64,000 bases of DNA from the human T2T-CHM13v2.0 reference genome, Homo sapiens: assembly GCF_009914755.1 (NCBI RefSeq), contig NC_060930.1; one strand, written 5' to 3'. Under the pieces are notes generated by a model, which worked only from the letters and a program-made list of their open reading frames with translations, was not told the origin of the DNA and ran no database searches. Below are positions 54,294 to 64,000 of the stretch, in pieces; position 1 is the stretch's first letter, and each line of letters opens with the position of its first letter. The translations under genes were made by a program, and so were the position numbers.

Positions 54294-54537
54294 GAGAGAA
54301 AGAAAGAAAGAAAGAAGAGAGAGGGAGAGAGGGAGAGAGGGAGAGAGAGAGAGAGAGAGGGAGAGAGGGAGAGAGAGAGAGAGAGAGGGAGAGAGGGAGA
54401 GAGGGAGAGAGGGAGAGAGCGAGAGGGGGAGAGGGGGAGGGGGAGACAGGGGGAGAGAGGGAGAGAGGGAGAGAGGGAGAGGGGGAGAGGGGGAGAGGGG
54501 GAGAGAGAGAGAGAGAGAGACAAAGAAAAAAGAAAGG
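54277..54537. repeat. About 260-nt polypurine (GA/GGGAGA)n tract
   Basis: Only 3 pyrimidines in the tract. Confidence 0.97.
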
Positions 54538-55148
54538 CAAGCAAGCAGGAACAGGAAGCTTCTGAAGTTTAGGTCACATTTTGACCTAGGTAATGGTTAT
54601 ACAGGTGTTCACTCTATTTCTCAAGCCATACATGTTTTATGTACCTCTCTGTGTTATATGTCATATTTTTTTTTAAAGTTACAGAAAAAAAGATGAAGAA
54701 TTCAACGTGGTTAGCACAAGGTGGGCAAAGCAGATGTCCATCTTGGGCCTGTCTGAGGTGGTGGGCAGATGCATCATGCCATCAGGGAGAGCTCTCAATC
54801 AATGTCCACAGGCCATTCCTACAAAGGCACCTCCTACACAGTTCTGGGAAAGTGCCACAGGACCTTCAAGTGGAGAACCGATGGCGAAAGACAAGGGGTA
54901 TCTGCGATATCTCAGGGACCCACGTGCTCTAGGCAGATAAATAAGACAGACAAGCACCCTCATCAAATTCAGAAGGAGGCCCACAATCTCTCCCAAGACA
55001 AACATACTTGTCTACACCAAAAGGGAGCTAGGAGGCTTCATGACAACTAAGGGTGGATGCAGTCACCCTCAAAGTCTGCTGTCGGTAACTGTAGAGAAAT
55101 CTGGCTGGAACAACTTGGAAATCTAGTCCATAATTTTAGGAAAGGTAA

Positions 55149-55445
<297 letters not shown>

Positions 55446-56251
55446 TGGTAAATCATTCTTTAATGTTAAACAGGTCGATGTGTGCACCATTGTTTTTAAT
55501 CACTTGCTGTAAGTAGTTATTTTTTCACATTGTGTAATAAATTCTCAACTCCTATCCTTTCAGGTATAATAAATATAACCCTCTGACTTTGAATGACATA
55601 GGCCAGATTCAACACTCCTCCTTGCGCTCACACTTTTTAAATTCTAGAGCCATGGAGCATGCTGACCTGCTAAAATGCATTTCTTCAGGAAAGAGCTGTG
55701 ACTAGAGAACATTTCTGATGCCAACAACAGCTGCTCTGTGAACTAATTCAGGCAGGAATGTACACAGAGACAGTAACTAAAGTGCCTGTTAAACATACTG
55801 TGAGAAATTATGTTTATCTCTCTCTCAAGTTGGGCTTTTTGGGGATGGAGCCTTAAAAGTGACATGTCTTTATTTCAGCCTTTAATATGCTCATAGTTGT
55901 CAAATGAGGTCTACAGGTTACAAAAAAGCAAAATCTGAACCTCTCATTCAGCTTACTCCTATCTCTTGATTTCTTTTCCACTTAGTTGTAGCCCTTTCCA
56001 TAAAGCCAAAAACTATGCAGATAAAAATTTAGCCAGATTTAGGTTACTTATCATCACAGCTATCTCCAATGAAGTTCATGAAGGATTCAAACAATGATGG
56101 ATGTAAAAAGGGTAGACTTCTTCTGGAAACTCAGTAAGAAGCTGAGTGAATTCTTCACAGATAATGGGATCCATCTTCAAAAATTTATTTTTTGTTGCTA
56201 GCCAGATGTCTATTGAAGCAAATATTAAAATGCCATTTTTAAATCTGGGTA

Positions 56252-56480
56252 AATGTTGAGTATCTCTTATCCGAAATGCTTGAGACCAGAAATGTTTCCG
56301 ATTTGGGTTTTTTTCTGATTTTGGAATATTTGCATTATAACTACTGAGTGAGAATCCCTAATCCCAAAACCCAAAATGCTCAAATGAGTACTTCCTTTGA
56401 GCATCATGTCAGTGCTCAAAAAGTTTTGGATTTTGGAGCATTTCAGATTTCTAATTTTCAGATTAGGGATGTTCAACCTG
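56252..56480. mobile_element. Tigger4/MER46 (Zombi) MITE
   Basis: gttgagtatctcttatccgaaatgctt...gattagggatgttcaacctg|ta. Confidence 0.85.
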
Positions 56481-58834
56481 TACATGTTTGTATCTTCATT
56501 AGCAGTGAATCATTACCTAAATCTCCAGTAACAAATCAACAAACAAAACCAAGACATTTAATCTAAGCCTGTGACCATCAAATTTTATCAAAGTCTCCAG
56601 AGACTCTCCAGCTGTAAATACAAAAGATATCTGCTATATTCGGATCAGAGTAGAGCGAAATTATACATGGACAAGAGCCTGCTCCAAATGCCATTTTACA
56701 CATCTTGAAAGACTATCTCCTCTCTCATGTGGGGATGGGAGCAGGAGGGAGTGGGGGAGTGAGGGGACCTCCCAGTGCTTTTCTTTGTTCTCTGACTGAG
56801 CCCTCTCTCCCTGTGTGTACAATGTACCTCATGCACACCTCCATCACACTACTGCCTGTTTACTACCGTAAGACAGTAAGCTTGCAGTAGCAAACCTCAA
56901 GACAAACTTTGCTACAAGCTGCTGCCAAGACAGCAGGCCTGGCTCTTTAAAATTGAGGACCCAGGAACTTTCATCCGTTCATTTAAACACTCCTGGCATA
57001 GAACAGAACAGATGCTCAATATTGATTAATTTATGTCTATTATCTGCTTTTATGTACTAAGTCAAACTCAGTTTTTTCACAAAACATTTTCCAGTAATTC
57101 TGTGGCTTCTTCAGTTAATCTGTTAACTACTAAGGATTTATGCATTGTTTTAAAATGTATATGTTTACATTTCATTATGCATTTATTGATACTCGCTGTG
57201 TCGTTTCCCTTCACACTTTATGGTTCCCAAGAGTAGACTAGCTCCCCATAAAAACTGACAGACTAATTCATACAATAAGCATTTAATGGCGATGAAAAAG
57301 GAATAACCTGTTTAATATTAAAGAATGGTATTCTTTTCTTAAAATTATGGACACAGTAAGAATAGAAGAAGAAACAAAATGATTACTCACTGTGAATACC
57401 TAGCTACCTTTCTATATTTTTAAGTAGAGAATGCTGAGGTTGAATGAACTTAGACTGATAATTTATATAACATCAAATCTTAATAGTGCCACATATTCAG
57501 AGACTGATTTTTTTTTAATCTTCACTGATAATGAGGTAATAAATACCTTGCACTCATGTTGTGTTTATTTCAGGTTGCTGAGATGATATAGGGGAAGAGG
57601 TACGTGAAGTTCTGTACATGTGGTTAAAAGTAAATAACTGAGAACAAAAGAACTCAGATAATCTTTCTCATTTCATCCTTCCCAACCACTGTTCATAAGT
57701 CTATAATTTATCTAAAATCTCTTACGAAGTTTTTAAATCCAGACTTTAAAGGTTGCACTCCAGGAATTTTCCAAAGTTATTAATTTTATTAATAGCAAAT
57801 CCCTTTGATGAACCATTTTAGAGCATTAAAGCAATTATGAAAGCATTTATCTTTTCAAAATAAAATTCAAGTTTAGGCAAAACCAGTGGGGATAGATGAT
57901 ATTTCATATAGATGTACTGCATATTCAAAAAGAAAAGCAGAAATGCCTATAAACAGATGTTCAGTTTTTCAAGGGGAGAAAAGTCAAGTCCTGATCTGGA
58001 ACTTGAAAATACATGAAATGGGAGTGAAGCACAGTTTCCTGGAGAGTGATCAAAAACAGTCGAGCCTGACTATTCAAACTCACACATACCTTCACGAAAG
58101 CGTTTTCTACAAGCCAGACCATGTAGTGCTCTGTTGCTTAGGAGCTGGGCAGAGAAATGCTAATGAGGCACTGCCTCGGGGATTTGTCCTGGGAACGGTG
58201 CCATTTAACATTCTTATTAGCAATTTGGTGGAGGAAGGTGAACTATAAGTAGAGAAGTTCCTGGTCACAATTTACTAAAGATAAATCACAAGGAAGTAAA
58301 GGGATCTAGAAGAAACTTTGGTTGGATTTAGGTACATTAAGGGACCAATATTATGACAGCAACAAAGCTCAAAGCACAACTCCAAGGCCATTTACAAACG
58401 AACCAAACGAATGCCATTCTTCTTATTTAAGACTGAAGTCACTAAAGACAGAGGTTACTCAGGCTAAATAAAAAGGGAAACCAACAATGCCCTCACTTCT
58501 GGATAGTCCAATAGCAAAGCTATGAGATACAAGATACTGGAAGATACATTAGATAATCTAAGCATTACAAAAGATTAAAGGAACAAAAAATAGAACCATG
58601 ATCTGAAATGTCTGCACAGTTCTGTTCAGAACACCAAATCTATGGTGAACCTATGGATAGCTATTCTTTCTCTCTCCAAGCAGAAGTTATCTGCCCTCTT
58701 TAATTCCCATACAGCAATTTTTAGTTTGTCTCCTCAGTATTTTCCACATTGTGTTTGAGAGCTAGGACCCTGCCTTTGTACTCTGCACTTCTGCCAGAAT
58801 AACAGATTCCCAATAAATAAATCATTGTTAAAGG

Positions 58835-59080
58835 CAGTATAGTGTAGCAGTTAAGAATATGAGCTCCACAGCCTCAGACTGTCCAAGTTTAAATCCTGGT
58901 CCTACTGCTAATTAACTTGGAGATCTTGGGAAAGTTTCTAATCATTGTGCTTCCATTTTTCCATCTGCAACAGTAACAGTAAGCAGTAGGATCACTGGGA
59001 AAATTAGATGAGATAATACATTCAGTGGGCTTAGAACAGTATCTGGCATTAGAGTTAAGTGTTTAATAAATGTTATCAGT
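58835..59080 (+). mobile_element. MIR
   Basis: gcagtatagtgtagcagttaaga...gatcttgggaaagtt...tgagataatac. Confidence 0.75.
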
Positions 59081-59476
59081 CATCATAGTGGTGGTACATT
59101 AAAGAATGAATCACTTCATAAGTGACTGACATACAAGATAAAATTATTTTTCTAGATTTTCCTTGAATCAATGACAGAATTTCTCCCAAAGTCAAGTCTT
59201 CCACAATTAGATAAAATACAGGAGCCCCAGTTAAATTACATTTCAGATAAATAACAAATACTTCTTTGGTATACTAAAGTCCCAAATACTGCATGGTAGG
59301 AGAAGTCTGGTAGGAGCAGCATCTGGTAGAATAAGAAGTTTGGTTTGTTGTACTAAGAAAAAGTCTCTGAATTTTACAAGTCACTCCTTCCTCTTTGAAG
59401 AACTACTTTCCTTCTTTATCACCTTTAGGCTGCCCTCCTTGCCACACATTTACTTTTTAACATCAACAATAAATTG

Positions 59477-59808
<332 letters not shown>

Positions 59809-60219
59809 CTAGATATAGGAATACATTCTTCCTATATTTTCTACTTGACCAAGTATACCTTGCTCATCTGCTGGCAGAACCTAGGCTCAGAGGAGCCCAG
59901 TTGGGTGATACCCCAGTTCTGATAAATCAAACCATTTAGCATGTCTTCAAAGTCTATACATAGGTCCTTTTTCCAGCCAGCTTGAACTAAACAGAACAAA
60001 CAAGTGTGTTCAAAAAAACAAATTGGTTTTGAATACTTACAATGGTTTTAAAAAGACAGTGGCAAAACTGCCCATGTCAGCAGTGGTTTATTTGGATCAA
60101 ATTAACACTGGCGGTTTAAACATGCTAAAGTGTTTCTAAGAAGGTGTGGGCTCCTGGAAACAGATTTGCATATCTGCAAATAGGCAAGTTTCTGCAGAGA
60201 CCAGAACATCTTAGGCATG

Positions 60220-60582
60220 TGTATTATCCCATTTTCACACTGCTGAAAAAGATATACCCAAGACTGGGAAATTTATAAAGAAAAAGAGGTTTAATGGACT
60301 CATAGTTCCACATGGCTGGGGAGGCCGCACAATCATGGCAGAAGGTGAAAGGCACGTCTTATATGGCGGCAGACAAGAGAGAATTGACAGCCAAGCAAAA
60401 GGGGTGTCCCCTTATAAAACCATCAGATTTCATGAGACTCATTCACTATCACGAGAACAGTATGGGGGAAATTGGCCCCATGACTCAATTATCTCCCACT
60501 GGGTCCCTCCTACAACACAGGGGAATTATGGGAGCTACAATTCAAGATGAGATTTGGGTGGGGACACAGCCAAACCATATCA
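60220..60582 (-). mobile_element. THE1 (MaLR) solo LTR
   Basis: TG...CA ends, 5-bp TSD gcatg (60215-60219 / 60583-60587), and the ggggacacagccaaaccatatca terminus. Confidence 0.93.
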
Positions 60583-60734
60583 GCATGTATTAGGTTGTAT
60601 TTATGATATCGTATAAAGACGTAGCATACTATACATTCAATAAAAGTAGAGCTGGTTTTATAAATAGATATCAAATTTATGCTCTCAGCAGCCAGTAACC
60701 CAAGAAAATAAGCTCACAGAGGATGCCATCTTAC

Positions 60735-60887
60735 CCCTCAGTACTGATTTGAGGTTGAGCTTGGCTTGGCGGTGCAGGTCCTCAACACAGGGGGGTCTTG
60801 TGGTGGGAAGGAACACATTCTCCTGCTGGTGCCACGGGGCAGTGTAGTGGACTGTCCATCGGCTTTCCTCATCTAGGTTGGAAACCG
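60735..60887 (-). CDS. NHSL1: NHSL1 internal exon, 153 nt ([50 protein letters not shown]), part of the WAVE-homology region
   Basis: Acceptor tttttttctatag|CG, donor AGGG|gtaaga, phase 1-1. Peptide matches the NHS/NHSL1 family. Confidence 0.95.
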
Positions 60888-63638
60888 CTATAGAAAAAAA
60901 GATAGAATACATTCAGGTGTCAACTTCATTGGCTACGAGTTCATTACATCATGATGTGTTTCCATGTCTAACACATCCACGGGTAAGGGCCAGCAAGGGA
61001 GCAATGGAGCAAATCCTAAATTAGTTTTAATCTTAGATTCCAGGGGTCTCGCCCACAGTGTTTTACTTATAAAAGAAAAGCTGAAAGTGTCCACCCTCCA
61101 AACAATGTTTTCATAGAATCATTTGCTCAGTTAACTGCTTCCCAGCATTTTAGGTCCTCCCTTTACTCCAATGTTTGAAAACATCTGACAGAATTGATAG
61201 AGACCTCCAATTCCTACTTAACCCCCCTCGCACACACACAACAAATAGCAGTTACTCAACTGTATAATGCCATCGCAACAGTAAATGTTAGACTGTCCTG
61301 ATAGAAATGAATTTCCTACCAGGAGGTTTATAACAAATATTCTCCCTCTACAGCATTATTTAAAGAGCATCACTGTTATAAACTCAATTACATTTTTAAA
61401 AAATTAAGCGTAAACATTCAATTTACATGTAAATGACATAGCTAATACATGTGGAGACCCATTTGTGTTACAAAATTCTCTCTGCATTTCTTGCTTTCAT
61501 GAAACCCTTTTATATTAAACATTTTTAAAATTACAATGCAATTGACTCTTCCCAACACAATCCAATTCAACTAAATTTTCCCAGCACAGAAGAGACCAAG
61601 ACATTAGAGGACAAAATAACAGGTAAAATCCTGAGAGTAAGATAAATCTCTACAATAATTTTTCTTTAAATCCTCGGAGGCTTGAGACCTCTCTAGTTCA
61701 TTTTTCCTGACAACACGAGCTAAGTTGGGGCATCAGTGGAGCCCAAAATGAGGCCGACAGCACCAAAACAAATTCATCAACAATGTTTTAATACTTTCTA
61801 TATACCTGCCATGTAACCCAGGCATAAGAGAGACTGGAAAGGTACTGGAGAAAGTCCTTGTGCTGAGGCATTTGCTTGAGGTAGCAAGTCTAACCCCTGT
61901 AAAGCCAGCAGATACTTGAATTGTGAGTGAGGAGCAAGTCTTCCTGACTCTGATCTATGCTATAGAGTTCACACTGGGCGTATCCATGTCCCCAACATAA
62001 CATGTACCTGGAAACTAGACCATAAAATGAATTCTCAAAGTAACATGAGAACACACGCATAAACTATTAAATCCATTTGAGCACATCTAAAATTCACTAA
62101 ACATACTCTATAGCACAGTTATTAGGGCTACTCTAAAGATCAAATGAACCAATATACATAAAGTACTTAGCTCAAGAAATAACTCAGGTAAAACATGGTT
62201 GTGGCAGGAACAGTAGAAATTATTCTAACGAGGCCCCAAACTTTGAACTGTCACTGTCTCTTGTAAACCTGGGCCACATGCTAGCGCTCATCTCACATAC
62301 CATCTTTTCTGCAGCTACTAAATTTTACAATCTTATGAATCTGAACAGGATAACTCATTTTCAAAAGGACCCCACCTTCTCCGTAAGTTGCTAAATGAGA
62401 AAATAAACATTGAGAACTAGATATCAAGTTAAAAACAGAAATGTCCATTGTGCTTTCTGCTTAGTATTTGACAAAAGCAGTATGTGAATTTGGCACCTAG
62501 TATTTCATGTAAACTCTTGTTGAGCAAATGTTTTGCATGGTGCATACAACTATCAATCTTAATACACAAAATCCACAAAGACCTGACTTAACCCTCATTT
62601 GTGTTTCAGAAGAATCTAGCATTGGGCCAAACTCACCATATGTCCCCCCAAAGTGTAGCCAGAGTTCATCACAGTGTTTTGTGCTGATGTCCATTTATTT
62701 TAAAGACTGAGTTACCATACTTCAGAGTTAGAAACTATTGAAAATGGAAACTTTTCCTATTCGACAATTTCAAATCAAATCCAAGTAATGGCATTCGTGT
62801 CTGCACCATCAATCGCACCATCGGCCCCACTGCACAGCTACCAACTGGCTCCTATGAAAAAGTCTCTTCCCCTCGTGTTCCTCACTCTTGCCAGGGCCAC
62901 TTTTAATCTGTTCATCCAAAGGCAGCCTTTAGCAAGGAGCTGCAGAAAATCAGCCCACCGTGCTGCTCTTTGTAGCTTTCTCCAAAGCTCCTCTTACCAA
63001 TGCCCCTACCCATGTTCATTTATCCAGTATAAGTCACTGGTCCAAACACTAAACTAAACTAAAATAAAATAAACCACCGACTATGTAAAAACAAAGCCAA
63101 GTAGTTATAAAAATTATTATTTTCAAGAGAATGAAGAAGCACCTACATTAAAGAAATGTAAGTCAATGGTAAGTACACAATAAAGCCACATCACAAAAGT
63201 TCTGTACCTTACAACAATCACTGATCAGTCTAGACAGTTTGTGCTCGAGCTCTTAAATACACAACAAAGAGTGCCAGGGAGTTTCAGGGGATTATCTCCA
63301 CCAGAAATATGTGATACATTACACAGAGGCTCCCTTACCTCAGCTGCATATTTATCCAAAGAATCAAAAAATCATACACTTGATATCAAGGGAAACATAA
63401 ATTAAGTACAAGAATTTCCCCCCTCTTCAAAGGACTTCTTTTGAAAAGCACAGAAGAAGTGAATTCACTTAAAACCCCAATCATAAATAAATAAGACATG
63501 CTAAGATCACATAATACTGTCCTAGAGTTACAAAAGTCTGAGGTATTTAAACAATCTGGTATAGAGTAGAGTTTAACTCATGCCTATTACGCTGTTTCAC
63601 ACTCTAATTTCTTCACACAAAAGAACGAAGGACCTAAA

Positions 63639-63650
63639 ACACACACATGG

Positions 63651-63682
<32 letters not shown>

Positions 63683-63720
63683 ACAGGGACATATACACAT
63701 ATGGAAACATATGCACACAA
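63639..63720. repeat. (CA)n microsatellite, i.e. (UG)n in the pre-mRNA just downstream of the alternative first exon donor
   Basis: Seen directly in the sequence. Confidence 0.95.
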
Positions 63721-63750
63721 TAGGTAGTAGAGAGAAAAGGAACTACTTAC

Positions 63751-63808
63751 TTTTCTTCTTAAAAAGTTTAATTAAAGACTTAATCTTTGCATTAATGAAG
63801 ACCACCAT
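63751..63808 (-). CDS. NHSL1: NHSL1 alternative first coding exon (MVVFINAKIKSLIKLFKKK + A of Thr codon)
   Basis: Minus strand reads GAA ATG GTG GTC TTC...AAG AAG AAA A|gtaagt. Strong Kozak context (-3 G, +4 G) and a consensus donor at 63750. Phase 1 joins CG of the next exon to give T-V-S-N-L-D, matching the recalled NHSL1 isoform N-terminus. Confidence 0.9.
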
Positions 63809-64000
63809 TTCCAGGGCACCTACATAGAGCTTAGAAATGTAAATCACATTAAAAGCTCAGCCCAGTAGGCAGGTGGCAAGCTTCGTCCTTCTGCTACAGA
63901 TTCTAACTTTTTCTTCCCCCGGTCTCATATCCTTAGACATCTGCCCAGGCTGATGTAACTGAGGTTGAGTTTATTGTCAGGCAGTTACAAACCATTAACA
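63809..64000 (-). promoter_or_regulatory. NHSL1: Putative 5'UTR/proximal promoter of the NHSL1 alternative first exon, with upstream AUGs
   Basis: Non-repetitive sequence directly upstream of the ATG at 63808. The TSS cannot be located from sequence alone. Confidence 0.6.

Noticed and set aside
54208-54696. ER-rich and SL-rich ORFs
   Set aside because: Translation of the GA-rich simple repeat.
60735-60887. Assignment to NHS or NHSL2
   Set aside because: The peptide [25 protein letters not shown] and the later exons fit NHSL1; from recall, NHS reads VSNLDIESKLSVYYRAPW.

Overview
Human-like (primate) genomic DNA, about 99% intronic. The window holds the 5' part of NHSL1 (NHS-like 1, WAVE-homology-domain family) on the minus strand, identified from recalled protein sequence rather than a database search. 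Five coding exons have canonical GT-AG boundaries and compatible phases: an alternative first exon at 63751-63808 (MVVFINAKIKSLIKLFKKK, absent from the ORF track), then 60735-60887, 37829-37956, 11492-11684, and a 132-nt symmetric exon at 6477-6608. The gene continues beyond position 1. The introns carry about 30 Alus, a near full-length Tigger1, a nested Tigger3/MER1B, L1/L2/MIR fragments, MaLR solo LTRs, microsatellites and a 29-bp VNTR. Less obvious items: a TMEM80 processed pseudogene that appears to copy an exon-skipped isoform; a uORF plus two AUG-stop elements ahead of the alternative start codon; a locally templated and duplicated Tigger3 fragment; and a tiny polyadenylated, TSD-flanked LTR retrocopy. 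Most ORFs in the supplied track are Alu or simple-repeat artefacts. I found no convincing wholly new multi-gene system. Repeat subfamily names and boundaries were judged by eye.
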